Origin: Candidatus Daviesbacteria bacterium
Lineage (GTDB): Bacteria > Patescibacteriota > Microgenomatia > Daviesbacterales > UBA10151
Reading direction: 5' to 3'
Length of the DNA stretch: 64,000 bases
NCBI GenBank assembly: GCA_027451625.1
Contig: DAIDIY010000048.1
Location: forward strand, 26,917-90,916
The notes beneath the pieces are model-generated. The model saw only the letters and a program-made list of their open reading frames with translations, did not search any database and had not been told where the DNA came from. Each line of letters begins with the position of its first letter. Within the stretch, counting starts at the first letter, position 1. The translations under genes were made by a program, and so were the position numbers. Of this stretch, positions 1-10,543 are shown piece after piece.

Positions 1-55
1 TTTTAGATTAAAACTTAAATTTTCAATTATAGTAGAATTAAAGGAGAGATTTTTT

Positions 56-805
56 ATGTATATTAATATTTTGGATCAAAACATATACTACCAAAAAACA
101 GGTCATGGCCATGATTTGATCCTACTTCATGGATGGCAACAAGATTTGTCTTCTTTTTGGCCTTTACTTGACAATCTAAGTCAGAACTTCACCGTTTGGC
201 TGATTGATTTACCCGGTTTTGGTAGGTCGGATTATCCCCGTAAGCCATTTAAAGTTTCTGACTATGCCCAAATTGTCGAATCATTCATAAAGATAAATAA
301 AATTAATAAGCCTCACCTTCTTGGACATTCTCTAGGAGGAGGAATCTCTATTAAACTAGCCGCATTTAATCCTCAATTAATAGAAAAATTAATTTTAGAA
401 GACAGTGCAGGACTAAAAAATATTTCTAACTACAAAAAGAAGATGCTCATGCTCTTTACAAAACTCTTTAAAATTTTAATTCCAAACTTGTTTAACTTAC
501 ATGAAAGAATCCGCCATCTTGGGTACAAATCTCTAAACTCAGATTATGAACATGTTGGTAAATTAAAAGAAACATTTATTCGGCTAACCTCAGAAGATGC
601 TACCTCTTATCTTCCTAAAGTAATAAACGAAACACTCATTATTTGGGGAGAGTCAGATACAACTCTTCCTTTAAATTTAGGTAAAAAAATGTATAGACTG
701 ATTCCTAATTCTAGAATTGAAACAATAGATAGGGCAGGACACTTTCCACACTTGGATAATCAAGAAATGTTTCTGTATTTCCTAAACGATTTTCTTAAAT
801 CCTAA
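56..805 (+). CDS. alpha/beta-fold hydrolase
   Basis: HGW oxyanion-hole region and a GHSLGG nucleophile elbow (GxSxG); C-terminal GHFPH histidine. RBS aaaggagag upstream. Confidence 0.75.
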   Translation: MYINILDQNIYYQKTGHGHDLILLHGWQQDLSSFWPLLDNLSQNFTVWLIDLPGFGRSDYPRKPFKVSDYAQIVESFIKINKINKPHLLGHSLGGGISIKLAAFNPQLIEKLILEDSAGLKNISNYKKKMLMLFTKLFKILIPNLFNLHERIRHLGYKSLNSDYEHVGKLKETFIRLTSEDATSYLPKVINETLIIWGESDTTLPLNLGKKMYRLIPNSRIETIDRAGHFPHLDNQEMFLYFLNDFLKS

Positions 806-818
806 AAATCTAAATTAT

Positions 819-2291
819 ATGAATTTATTAATCAAAATCTTTCCTCTACCAGACCATCTTTACATATTCCAAACGTTCGAATATGCGCCTTCGGATTTCT
901 CAAAATGGTTTTTAAGGCATTTTTTTAAACGTAATCTACAGCGGAAGCATTCCTTAAATTTAACGACTAAAGCTCTATTCCTTTTAGTAATCTCATTTAC
1001 ACTTATTTCTTTTACTTCTGTATTATCTTCCCTTTTAGTTATTAACCTATATCGAAACCTCTATCTTAATAATCTGCTCCTCTTTTTAATTTTCTTTTTT
1101 TTCTATGGACTTATATCTCCTTTATTTTTGATAACTGCATCTTTTTTAATTACTCCAATTGAGAATAATCAAAAACATCAACTAATAAAAAGGGCTCGCC
1201 AAAAACTTTATTCTCTCCCAGATTTAAAAATTGTTGCGATTGTCGGTTCTTATGGGAAAACTTCAACCAAGAATATGCTTTATACTTTACTTTGGAAAAA
1301 ATTTCGCGTAGTCAAAACCCCAAAAAGTTACAACACACCAATCTCTATCGCAAGATCAATATTAGAAGACATTAAAGACAACACCGAGATATTTTTAGTT
1401 GAGATGGATGCTTACCACCAGGGTGAGATAGATCAGTTATGTAATTTTGTTAAGCCGCACTTCGGAATAGTCACTGCAATAGCTCCTCAACATTTAGAAA
1501 GATTCGGAGATATGAAGACTTTAGCCAAAACTCAGTTTGAGTTAGTTGAATACTTATCCAAAAATGGAACAGTCTTTATAAATACAGCAGACAGCTGGAG
1601 TATGAAGCTTTTAACTCAGGATGCGACTTACCAAATAAAAAATGGTACTGGAGAAATTATTGAATTCGGAGAACGTCCAGATGATGATTTTTATGCAGAT
1701 CATATTATCCAGACACAACAAGGTTTAAAGTTTAATCTGCATATAAAATCTCCAAATAACCAACAGGCAATCACCATACCTCTATTCGGTCAACACCATA
1801 TAATAAACTTTGTATCAGCTGCAGCAATAGCTACCAAGCTAGGGATGAACCTTGCCGAGATAGCAAAAAGAGCTTCCAAAATTTTACCTACACCTCATCG
1901 TTTAGAGATAAAAAAACAATCAAACATAACTATTATAGATAATACTTATAATACTAACCCTGCCGCAGCTCAAACCTCACTTACTGTCTTATCTGCTTAT
2001 CCAGGAAATCAAAAAATCCTTATTACTCCAGGGCTTGTTGAGCTTGGGAAACAGAGTTCAACCCAAAATCAAATATTTGCCAAATCTGCAGCTAAGGTTG
2101 CTGATCTTTTTATTATAGTCGGAGAAAATTCTAAAAAAGATCTCCTCAAAGGCCTTAATGAAGCAAAATATCCAAAAAATAAAATCATATCTGCTAAAAC
2201 AATTGCTGAGGCTTTAGAAATACTACAAACTTACGCTAAACCTTTATCTGTGGTTTTACTTGAAAATGATCTTCCTGATCAATATTTCTAA
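819..2291 (+). CDS. murF: UDP-N-acetylmuramoyl-tripeptide--D-alanyl-D-alanine ligase (Mur ligase family) with a hydrophobic N-terminal extension
   Basis: Mur ligase P-loop IVGSYGKTSTK and a DNTYNTNP motif (MurF DxYNANP). Lies beside ddl. The N-terminal ~120 aa are hydrophobic, so the true start may be internal. Confidence 0.75.
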   Translation: MNLLIKIFPLPDHLYIFQTFEYAPSDFSKWFLRHFFKRNLQRKHSLNLTTKALFLLVISFTLISFTSVLSSLLVINLYRNLYLNNLLLFLIFFFFYGLISPLFLITASFLITPIENNQKHQLIKRARQKLYSLPDLKIVAIVGSYGKTSTKNMLYTLLWKKFRVVKTPKSYNTPISIARSILEDIKDNTEIFLVEMDAYHQGEIDQLCNFVKPHFGIVTAIAPQHLERFGDMKTLAKTQFELVEYLSKNGTVFINTADSWSMKLLTQDATYQIKNGTGEIIEFGERPDDDFYADHIIQTQQGLKFNLHIKSPNNQQAITIPLFGQHHIINFVSAAAIATKLGMNLAEIAKRASKILPTPHRLEIKKQSNITIIDNTYNTNPAAAQTSLTVLSAYPGNQKILITPGLVELGKQSSTQNQIFAKSAAKVADLFIIVGENSKKDLLKGLNEAKYPKNKIISAKTIAEALEILQTYAKPLSVVLLENDLPDQYF

Positions 2292-2294
2292 TAC

Positions 2295-3473
2295 TTATCT
2301 TTTTAATCCAGAATTTGCCATTTGCGATAATAACCCTGAATTAAAAGTATATTGAGTCTTCTTTTGATCTTCCCATCGTTCTAGAGCATACTGTATGATC
2401 TTATCTAATAATTCATTATATTTTATGCCCGCAGGTTCCCATAAATAAAAAGAGAGAGAACCTGGAGGAGAATTTATTTCATTAACATAAACTTTCTCTC
2501 GCTTAAGATCTACAAAATAATCTATTCTTGCTACTCCACAACCACCTAAAGATTTAAAGATATGAATTGTTATATCCTGAATTTTATCTGTCAATTTAGA
2601 AGTAATTGGTGCAGGAATCACTCTAGAAAGAGACGCCATCCCTGCTCCCTTACTCCCCTTTCCTCCTTTTTTATACTTATCCTCAAAAGACAAGATCTCT
2701 CCGGATGCTATTGGCATTTCACAGACAGATGCCTCAACATCTTTGTATCCCAATGCAGAACAATTAACCTCTTTAACACCCTCAAAAGCTTCCTCAATCA
2801 AAATTTTATCCGAATAAATTGCAGCAACTTCAATATTAAAGCTCAGTTCTTCTTCATTATTGGCTTTCCCAGCACCAATACTTGATCCTCCATTACCAGG
2901 CTTTACAAATAAAGGGAATTTTAGCCTATTATCTTTCTGTAAAATTATATTTAAACATTCCTTCGGATCCTTAATCCAGTCAGATCTTTTAATGTAACAA
3001 AATTTTGCGAAGTCTAGTCCTAAAGAACTAAAGAAAAACTTAGAGATCACTTTATCCATTGCCACAGCAGAGGCTAAAACATTAAATCCAGTGTAAGGAA
3101 TCTGGTAGACCTCAAAAAGTCCCTGGATAGAACCATCTTCTCCAAAAGACCCATGAAAAAGAGGAAAAGCCAGATCAAAAGGAATAAATTTATTAAACCA
3201 AGATGAAATTGTTACAAGAGTCGGTTTACCTTTATATCGTATGGGTATAACCTCTACCGAAGAGATAAGTAAATTATCAATATCTTTATAGTTCTTTAAA
3301 TCTAAGAATTTAGGATTGGTATAAAACCTGCTTTCTTTGCTAACATAAACTGGAATAATGTTATATTTCAGCTTATCTAAATGCTTAAAAGCTTGTAAAG
3401 CAGTAATTACTGAGACTTCATGTTCAGTAGATCTACCTCCAAAGAATAGACCCAAAGTCAACTTTCCCATCAA
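2295..3473 (-). CDS. ddl: D-alanine--D-alanine ligase
   Basis: N-terminal GGRSTEHEVSVITA matches the Ddl signature GGxSxEHEVS; ATP-grasp architecture. Confidence 0.85.
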   Translation of the reverse strand: MMGKLTLGLFFGGRSTEHEVSVITALQAFKHLDKLKYNIIPVYVSKESRFYTNPKFLDLKNYKDIDNLLISSVEVIPIRYKGKPTLVTISSWFNKFIPFDLAFPLFHGSFGEDGSIQGLFEVYQIPYTGFNVLASAVAMDKVISKFFFSSLGLDFAKFCYIKRSDWIKDPKECLNIILQKDNRLKFPLFVKPGNGGSSIGAGKANNEEELSFNIEVAAIYSDKILIEEAFEGVKEVNCSALGYKDVEASVCEMPIASGEILSFEDKYKKGGKGSKGAGMASLSRVIPAPITSKLTDKIQDITIHIFKSLGGCGVARIDYFVDLKREKVYVNEINSPPGSLSFYLWEPAGIKYNELLDKIIQYALERWEDQKKTQYTFNSGLLSQMANSGLKR

Positions 3474-3548
3474 TTTCCTATTTTAATACATAACTCATTC
3501 AAATATTAGTCATTATTTACATTGAAAAATTAAATACAATATTCCTAA

Positions 3549-4529
3549 CTAATTTAAAGCTTCAATCGTTAGTAAAGTGCCTTTTGAAAGGAACTCCAGC
3601 ATTGCTCCTCCTCCGGAAGAAACAAAATCAAACTTATCGAGGAATTGAGACAAGGATGAGATTGTGTCCCCTCCTCCTATAATAGACTTAATACTCGAAC
3701 CTGTTATTGTCTGGGCAAGCTGCAAATCAGAATAATTACCTCTTGGATCTTCATATTTTCCCATTGGTCCACCCCAAATGACTTCTTTAGAAGTCTTAAG
3801 AATAGACATAAACTCATTCATTGATTCGGCTGCTAAATCAATACCAGAGTCGTTTACTTTTCCTAGTCGAACATTACTTGGTACTTCTAAACTCTGTTCT
3901 TTAATCTTTTGTGGCAACAATCCTCCAACTAAGACATAATCAGAGAATTTACTTAAAGCTATTACTGCATCGTATTTGTCTTCAACCTTTACACCTCCAA
4001 CTAAGGAAACTAGAGGACGCTGAGGATTTCCCCTGACATTTTCTAGTGTATGGACCTCTTTAGCAAAACGAAGGCCTGCAGCGTGAGGCAATAGAGTTGG
4101 TAAAACAGTTGTGGAGGCAGCTTTATGATGTGAGGCAAAAGCCTCATTCACAAAACAATCTCCGAATTCTGCTAATTGTTTTGCATATTCTAAATCAGCT
4201 TCATCTTCACCTTTTTCAAAACGCAAGTTCTCTAATAGCTTCAACCTGCCATTATTTAAATCTCTTGCAAAACCGTACTCCATAAACCAGTCATAAATAG
4301 GTTCGATCGAAAGATCCTTAACCTCTATCCCTTTAGGTCTTCCGATATGGCCAATGACTGTTACTTCTTTTCCAAATTCAAGGCAAAGATGCAGGGTAGG
4401 TATTCCTACTTCAAGGCGGAAGCTCTCTGAAACCACCCATTTTTCTCCATCAAAATGTAATGGAACATCCAAATCCATCCTCACAAGAACTCGCTTGTCT
4501 TTTACAAATTCAGCTGAAACTATCTGCAT
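3549..4529 (-). CDS. pgk: phosphoglycerate kinase (short form)
   Basis: RVLVRMDLDVP, IGHIGRPKG, LENLRFEKGE and GGGDT/GGGA motifs in PGK order. At 326 aa it is shorter than canonical PGK. Confidence 0.8.
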   Translation of the reverse strand: MQIVSAEFVKDKRVLVRMDLDVPLHFDGEKWVVSESFRLEVGIPTLHLCLEFGKEVTVIGHIGRPKGIEVKDLSIEPIYDWFMEYGFARDLNNGRLKLLENLRFEKGEDEADLEYAKQLAEFGDCFVNEAFASHHKAASTTVLPTLLPHAAGLRFAKEVHTLENVRGNPQRPLVSLVGGVKVEDKYDAVIALSKFSDYVLVGGLLPQKIKEQSLEVPSNVRLGKVNDSGIDLAAESMNEFMSILKTSKEVIWGGPMGKYEDPRGNYSDLQLAQTITGSSIKSIIGGGDTISSLSQFLDKFDFVSSGGGAMLEFLSKGTLLTIEALN

Positions 4530-4601
4530 AAATTTATAGTAACAATATGCAGCGAATGAGGCAAGGTTCCAACTTTGCCCCTAATAGGCTAAAATACTTC
4601 G

Positions 4602-5384
4602 ATGGCAGAACAACATACTCAATCAATAAGATTAGTAAGCTATAATACAAGGCACGGTCTAGGATTAGATGATTGGGATAAACTACCTAAATCTCATATT
4701 GTTGGTTTTCAAGAAGTTCCAGAGTCAAAAATTAGCAAGTTGAATGACCAAATGAGGTCAAACGGCTATCTTTTAGCGGGGTTTGCTCCTGCGTGGACCA
4801 ACAAAGATGGGTCATCTGAAGGCGAAGTAACTTATTACCATAAAGAATCTGGGCTGAAAAAAATACAATCAAAAGTTATTCCTATCGGAAGATCTATAAT
4901 TGAATCTTGGATATTTGGGATGGATGGTTGTCGAAGTGCATTATACACAAGCTTTTACCATAGTGATTTAAATATTCCATTTAGCTTCATTAATGCACAT
5001 TTAGTGCTACTCGGATCTTTAGTATTTTTTTGGTCTATCAATAAAAGAATCTTACAGATTAAAAAGATCATATCTGAAACAAACAGCACTTCCCTTCCTA
5101 CAGTTATATTTGGAGATTTTAATACAAGCACCCTACTTCCAGAGTCAAAAAAGTTAGATGATTTCCTGTCTAGAAATGGTTTTAATAGACAGAATATTAA
5201 TCTGGCAACTCATCAATATTATATCCAAGCAGGCCCTTTTAGATTTAATATATTTAAGCATCAACTGGATTACATTTTTGCAAAGAATTGTTCAATACAA
5301 GACAGTCAGTCTTTAGAATCGCTAAACAAGTCAGACCATTATCCTATTATGGCCAAAATAATTATTCCCAGTACTTCCAAGTAG
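4602..5384 (+). CDS. endonuclease/exonuclease/phosphatase (EEP) family protein
   Basis: N-terminal VSYNTRHG and C-terminal SDHYPI motif typical of the EEP fold. Confidence 0.6.
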   Translation: MAEQHTQSIRLVSYNTRHGLGLDDWDKLPKSHIVGFQEVPESKISKLNDQMRSNGYLLAGFAPAWTNKDGSSEGEVTYYHKESGLKKIQSKVIPIGRSIIESWIFGMDGCRSALYTSFYHSDLNIPFSFINAHLVLLGSLVFFWSINKRILQIKKIISETNSTSLPTVIFGDFNTSTLLPESKKLDDFLSRNGFNRQNINLATHQYYIQAGPFRFNIFKHQLDYIFAKNCSIQDSQSLESLNKSDHYPIMAKIIIPSTSK

Positions 5385-6474
5385 CATACTTAGCTTCCAA
5401 TTGAGACTCAGTTATATTAGCAGGCGGTATGCCAAATTTTTGAAATCCTAAGTCCAGTAGTTCAGATGCCCACATATCTCGCTGCAACACTCCAGGAGCA
5501 CCGAGAGCTACTACAAGAATTCTTTTTCCACCTCTCTCTGCTGCGACAATTGATGTAAATCCAGCTTGATCAGTATTGCCAATTTTGACCCCATAAGCTC
5601 CAGGATAGACTCCCAATAGCCCATTCCAATTATATAAATCAAACTGCTTATGATTTAAATCTGCGGATAAAAACTGATAATCGCTCTTCACGTCAGTTGC
5701 GATTGTCGGATAATTTGTAATCGCATAATGCGCTAGAACAGCCAGATCAGCAGCAGAACTATAATTATTTATTGAATCTAGTCCTTCTGGGTTAGCAAAA
5801 CGAGTATCTTTTAACCCCATAACTACTGCTTTCTCGTTCATTAAAGATATAAAGATATTCCGATTATATAGATTATTAATACCCACTTTGATTGCTTCAG
5901 CAGCGTCGTTAGCTGAAGTAAGCAAGGCTCCTTTTAAAAGTTCATCTAAACTCATTCTCTGCCCTTCGACTACTCCAATTTTAGTTGGAATCATTTGTGC
6001 TGCTTGATTTGTAATAGTAAATTCCTGATCTGGAGAGGTAACATCAAGCGATACTACTGCGGTCATAAGCTTAGTGAGTGAAGCAATTGGTAATTGCTGA
6101 TGAATATTTTTTTCAGCTAGAATTTGCCCCGTACCATCGTCAATAACTATATATGATTTTAAAAATTCAAAATCTCCTGCTGCCTGTGCTTGAGGAATTA
6201 TAGATTCGCCTGTAGATCTGAACAAACTAAAATTATTCTGTTTTTGTTGTAATCTTGGCAACAATTGTTGAATGACAGACTTCTCTGACAAACTGGGAGA
6301 TGTCAAACTTTCGCTTTGAACTCTTAACGTATTCAAAGATAGCCTTTGTAAAAATAATGGTGCTTTTATACCTAATCCGAGGAGTATTGTCAAAATTAGT
6401 TGCAAACCAAATGATAAAAAAAATAATCTCCAACGTTTCTCTAAATAATCAAAAAAAAGATCAATATATTTCAT
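5362..6474 (-). CDS. D-alanyl-D-alanine carboxypeptidase (PBP5-like serine peptidase)
   Basis: SLTKLM (SxxK), SAND (SxN) and KIGNT (KTG-like) motifs in canonical order; N-terminal TM anchor. Confidence 0.75.
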   Translation of the reverse strand: MKYIDLFFDYLEKRWRLFFLSFGLQLILTILLGLGIKAPLFLQRLSLNTLRVQSESLTSPSLSEKSVIQQLLPRLQQKQNNFSLFRSTGESIIPQAQAAGDFEFLKSYIVIDDGTGQILAEKNIHQQLPIASLTKLMTAVVSLDVTSPDQEFTITNQAAQMIPTKIGVVEGQRMSLDELLKGALLTSANDAAEAIKVGINNLYNRNIFISLMNEKAVVMGLKDTRFANPEGLDSINNYSSAADLAVLAHYAITNYPTIATDVKSDYQFLSADLNHKQFDLYNWNGLLGVYPGAYGVKIGNTDQAGFTSIVAAERGGKRILVVALGAPGVLQRDMWASELLDLGFQKFGIPPANITESQLEAKYATWKYWE

Positions 6475-6486
6475 ATATTTAACTGT

Positions 6487-7818
6487 TTATCCTCTAATCT
6501 CTCGATTTAATACCGCATTATCAGCAATTTTTTTACCAAACACATCCGCAAGTTCTTGCCATAGGTCATTCCTTCCTTGGTCATTACCTAAGGCCCAAAT
6601 ACCAATACCTTCTAAATTCTTTTGCTTTGCTAAATCATACTTTAATGCCAACGATTTGGGATTATCCATAAAAACCATTCTCCAAGTTCCCAAGCTATTA
6701 TCATAATACGAAGTCCATTCCACTTGACCATTCTTGTCCCAACCTTGAGTCACATTGCCAAGTTGTCCAGAGGTCAAACTATTCATAAAATCGGAGTAAG
6801 TTTCAGAAATATTTGACCCCCACCAAGAAGAAGGCCTAACTAGCGCTAAAATTCCCGGCTGATAGACCATGTAGTTATACCCGTACCATGGAACTCCTAA
6901 GATTAATTTGTCTGCAGGAATTTTAGAAAGAAAATCATTAACAGCTGTAGTTACATCATACCAATACTGTCCATCCTGTGCTCCATTAAGAGGTGCTGTA
7001 GGAATCGCGTTGGCTGAACTTGCATTCGCAAAATCATAAGCCATCATAAAGATTCCGTCTGAAACCTGAGACAGCGCAGATACGTCATAAAGTTTAGGTT
7101 CCTTAGCTGAGGCTGCATAAACTGATACAGTAACTCTGGAATCGGGGTTTAACTGATGCATCTTTTTAGTTAAATCAGAAACAAAATTAGTAAAATTATT
7201 TCGTAGGTCATTTCCAGGATCACCTTGATATTCAAAATCAATATTAACTCCATCTATACCTCTGCTCATAACCTCCGAAACAGTCTGGTTGATTGCATTT
7301 TGAAAGGCTACGGGATCATCTAGAATACTCTCAATCGTAGAGTTATCCATCTGAATAATAGTCAAGACTACTCTTGTACCATAACTATGCGCTCTAGTAA
7401 AAAGATCCGTCGCCTGACTACTTTTAAAAGTAAGATAACCTGGATCATAACGATCTAAGCTTCCATCCGCTTCTACTGGTACTCCAAAATAAGCTAATGT
7501 AGTTAGTGTATTAAAATCAACATTATCTAATTTATCAATATTCCAGTATGGCATAAAACCGAAAACCTCTTTTTGAGTTAAATCTTCTTGTAATGGATGT
7601 AAAGCAGTTGAACTAGAGATAGCTGAGCTACTTATAGTATTCGATACTCCTAAATTAAAAGAAAAAATTACCGGCAAAATAGAGACTAAGATACTCGCAT
7701 TATTAACACGAAAAATTGATGAGATATCTATTAATCTTAATCTGAATTTAAAAATTAATATTTCTTCCGAAATATAGGATTTAATCTTACTTGGCAGTTG
7801 TGTTAGGTAATTCCCCAT
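6487..7818 (-). CDS. glycoside hydrolase family 18-like (chitinase or peptidoglycan hydrolase-like), membrane anchored
   Basis: DGVNIDFEY matches the GH18 catalytic DxxDxDxE motif; N-terminal TM segment. Confidence 0.65.
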   Translation of the reverse strand: MGNYLTQLPSKIKSYISEEILIFKFRLRLIDISSIFRVNNASILVSILPVIFSFNLGVSNTISSSAISSSTALHPLQEDLTQKEVFGFMPYWNIDKLDNVDFNTLTTLAYFGVPVEADGSLDRYDPGYLTFKSSQATDLFTRAHSYGTRVVLTIIQMDNSTIESILDDPVAFQNAINQTVSEVMSRGIDGVNIDFEYQGDPGNDLRNNFTNFVSDLTKKMHQLNPDSRVTVSVYAASAKEPKLYDVSALSQVSDGIFMMAYDFANASSANAIPTAPLNGAQDGQYWYDVTTAVNDFLSKIPADKLILGVPWYGYNYMVYQPGILALVRPSSWWGSNISETYSDFMNSLTSGQLGNVTQGWDKNGQVEWTSYYDNSLGTWRMVFMDNPKSLALKYDLAKQKNLEGIGIWALGNDQGRNDLWQELADVFGKKIADNAVLNREIRG

Positions 7819-7965
7819 CTTTTGAATTCTGAGCCAAAATTTCCCTAAAGTATTAAACGGGTGGGATTACGACAAGATAGTCTCAGATCAAGATCGCTGC
7901 GCAAGTCTACCAAGAGCAATCTGTCTTGTCAAACCCAAAAGTATTGAGTTCAAGCCTAAAAAAGT

Positions 7966-8970
7966 ATGAAAATAGTAAGAACGTCCTTTTATGCTGCTAT
8001 TTCAACCCAGCAAGGAATTTTATTATATAAAGTCTTTTATCTTTTTTTGCGATTCATATTATATTATATCTATATGATTATTCTAACCCCTTCCACTTGG
8101 ACAGACTACGATCTTTTAGATTCTGGAGATTATAAAAAACTAGAAAGATTTGGTCCTTATACAGTAGTTCGTCCTGATCCTCAAGTTATGTGGAAAAAAA
8201 ATTTATCAGAATCTTTATGGAAAAATGCTGATGCTATTTTTGAGAGAATATCTGAAGATAAAGGTATATGGAGATTTCATAAAAAAACACCTCAAAGATG
8301 GACGATCAAATATGACAATCTTACACTTTTGGTCAAGCTCTCTCCTTTTAAGCATACAGGAGTATTTCCTGAACAGGAACCTCACTGGAGGTTTATTCAA
8401 AATATACTAGCTAAGAATCATAATCAGTTAAATTCGGGTGTTTCAACAGCAAGAAAACCTTCTATATTAAATTTGTTTGGTTATACAGGGATATCCACCC
8501 TTATTACAGTCAAATCCGGAGCCAAAGTTACACATGTCGATGCATCATATCCTGCCATAGGTTGGGCAAAAGAGAATCAGAAACTATCCGGTCTGGAAAA
8601 TGAACCAATCAGATGGATAGAAGATGATGTTATCAAATTCTGTCAAAGAGAAGTAAGAAGAGGTAATAAATATGACGGTATTATCATGGACCCCCCAGCT
8701 TTTGGACATGGCCCAAAAGGTGAAGTATGGAAATTTAACACCTCTCTACCTACGCTTCTTTCAATCTGTTCTCAATTAATATCTGATAAACCACTTTTTA
8801 TAATAATAAACGCTTATGCAGTATCAATTTCGGCACTTTCCTTAAAAAACCTTCTTCAAGAGTATTTCAAAGGCTTAAATGGTTATATTGATTTTGGAGA
8901 ACTCGCATTACAAGAAAGGTCAACAAAAAGACTCCTCTCTACTGGTATTTTCGTCAAATGGAGTAAATAA
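7966..8970 (+). CDS. class I SAM-dependent RNA methyltransferase (RlmI/RlmK-like)
   Basis: Motif I LNLFGYTGISTL and a DPPAF motif (IIMDPPAFGHG) typical of RlmI-type m5C methyltransferases. The start may be the internal Met near 8073. Confidence 0.65.
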   Translation: MKIVRTSFYAAISTQQGILLYKVFYLFLRFILYYIYMIILTPSTWTDYDLLDSGDYKKLERFGPYTVVRPDPQVMWKKNLSESLWKNADAIFERISEDKGIWRFHKKTPQRWTIKYDNLTLLVKLSPFKHTGVFPEQEPHWRFIQNILAKNHNQLNSGVSTARKPSILNLFGYTGISTLITVKSGAKVTHVDASYPAIGWAKENQKLSGLENEPIRWIEDDVIKFCQREVRRGNKYDGIIMDPPAFGHGPKGEVWKFNTSLPTLLSICSQLISDKPLFIIINAYAVSISALSLKNLLQEYFKGLNGYIDFGELALQERSTKRLLSTGIFVKWSK

Positions 8971-9323
8971 ATATCCTCTATAGAAAAAAATAGCAAACCT
9001 TGAGTGGGCAGTGATGGAGTTGGACCATCCACTTCGTCATTATCAGTGACGCGTTCTACCGATGAACTAACTGCCCTTAAAGTTATATTTTATATCGATT
9101 CTCCAGATTTCTTACTCCCCTTTCAATTAACAACACCCCTGCCAAAGTTCCTATGGGAAAAATACCCATTGCAATGTATCCTAAATAAATCTCTCCTGAT
9201 GCAATTGAGATATCTTTGATAAAATTCCCTATCTGTTCTTTCATGCAATTAATAAGTTTCAATATTTTATCAAATATTCATGATTTTGTCTTCCTAGAAA
9301 TCAAATCATATAGATCAATAAAA

Positions 9324-10331
9324 TCATATTTCACCATCAGGTAAATCATATTTTATCGTTAGCGCTGAAGCTACACTCTCTAAACTAGGACGATCACTAA
9401 CACACAGTATTTCAACCTCAGGACCAACACAATCTTCAACCATTCCTACTATTCTTCGAGAAGGATCAAAAATAACTAAGGTATTCACCCCTTGAGTTGA
9501 TAGTCCTTCCAAAACAGGCTTGTGATGCACTTGACTATCCAGTAAATCAGAAACTATTCTATAAATACCCTCTCTATTTTTTACTACCGGATTCAATCCT
9601 TGAGCCTCTCTAATAGGAGATAAAATTGTTCCTACGGGGTCATTTACAGAGTTGGGTAGAATTATTTGCGGTAATCTATCACGAAATCCGTCAGCTGCTT
9701 CCTTAACAAATCCTGTATGAATCGCCCAACCTATTCCACCAATTAAAATATGTTTACTTTTTTCAAAGTAATCTTTTAATGACAAAAGATTCCCTATAGG
9801 ACCACCCACGATACTTTGTTTAGGTGAATTCCAGTTAGCATATTCAACGTTTACTCCAGCATTTCTTGCTTTAACAATCCCATTTTCAACTACTTCTTTA
9901 GATAGTCCTATAATCGTCATAAGTCCAGTTCTAGGTTCTGCGGGAAGTTTAAGAAGCTCTTCTTGCCTTGCTTTCATTGCTAGTAAAGCTGATCTTAAAT
10001 CTATTGCTCCTGATGAGACTGCAGAACTTAGTTCTCCCATGCTTAAAGCTACATGGGTTTGTGGACGCCTTTCCAAAAGACGCGTTAAAGTTACCGCCAT
10101 ACCTACAGTCACAGCAACTAAGATAACCGGCTTAAACCAAGGTTTTTCTATTTCTTCACCCAATATACTCTTCGCTTGCTCAAGAGCTCTCCCAAATGAA
10201 GTATTCCTCGAAGAAAACAGAGATTCCATTCCGTCAACACCTGCGTTTTGACCCGGGAAATAATAAGCTACTTTTGATAGAGTTTTTTTAATATCCCCAA
10301 GATTTAATTGGTCTTCTTTTTCCAAAGACAT
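9324..10331 (-). CDS. fabD: [acyl-carrier-protein] S-malonyltransferase-like acyltransferase
   Basis: YFPGQNAGVDGM (FabD FPGQGSQ region), ALSMGELSS (GHSLGE nucleophile region with Ser kept) and VEYANWNSPKQSIVGGP (IANxNSPxQ). The start is trimmed to the internal Met because the longer ORF overlaps tRNA-Cys. Confidence 0.6.
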   Translation of the reverse strand: MSLEKEDQLNLGDIKKTLSKVAYYFPGQNAGVDGMESLFSSRNTSFGRALEQAKSILGEEIEKPWFKPVILVAVTVGMAVTLTRLLERRPQTHVALSMGELSSAVSSGAIDLRSALLAMKARQEELLKLPAEPRTGLMTIIGLSKEVVENGIVKARNAGVNVEYANWNSPKQSIVGGPIGNLLSLKDYFEKSKHILIGGIGWAIHTGFVKEAADGFRDRLPQIILPNSVNDPVGTILSPIREAQGLNPVVKNREGIYRIVSDLLDSQVHHKPVLEGLSTQGVNTLVIFDPSRRIVGMVEDCVGPEVEILCVSDRPSLESVASALTIKYDLPDGEI

Positions 10332-10337
10332 ACTAAG

Positions 10338-10408
10338 AGGCCTGGACCGGACTTGAACCGGTGTGTGCGGTTTTGCAGACCGCTGGATGGCCACTCTCCC
10401 ACCAGGCC
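10338..10408 (-). tRNA. tRNA-Cys (anticodon GCA)
   Basis: Cloverleaf read on the minus strand: acceptor GGCCTGG/CCAGGCC, anticodon stem GCGGT/ACCGC with loop CTGCAAA, T-arm ACCGG-TTCAAGT-CCGGT. Confidence 0.8.
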
Positions 10409-10543
10409 CTACGCTGATTTTAGCATATTTGAAAACAAGATCCTAAGATAGAATAATACTCTTTTCGTGGTAATCTAAAAGTCCTTATGGACAAACAAAG
10501 GCTACAAAACAAATCAATAAGAATCTAATTTATGATTTCAATT

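Noticed and set aside
2562-2885. 107-aa plus-strand ORF inside ddl
   Set aside because: Antisense to a well-supported Ddl gene. Cys/Arg-rich low-complexity translation typical of shadow ORFs. Similar antisense ORFs (4097..4285, 6233..6433, 8215..8410, 10039..10251, 11510..11710, 12722..12925, 17144..17365, 28152..28835, 38543..39239, 45628..46497, 49848..50090, 53349..54252, 55081..55925, 58045..58308, 62966..63262) were rejected on the same grounds.
9004-9219. 71-aa plus-strand ORF, and a 54-codon minus-strand ORF (~9083-9244) in the same intergenic region
   Set aside because: No RBS and no motif for the plus ORF. The minus-strand ORF (MKEQIGNFIKDISIASGEIYLGYIAMGIFPIGTLAGVLLIERGVRNLENRYKI) has one TM helix but falls below the size at which I can support a call without conservation data.
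9324-10394. Full-length 356-aa call for the FabD-like gene
   Set aside because: The first 21 codons overlap tRNA-Cys (10338-10408) on the same strand. The internal Met at 10331 gives a start clear of the tRNA.
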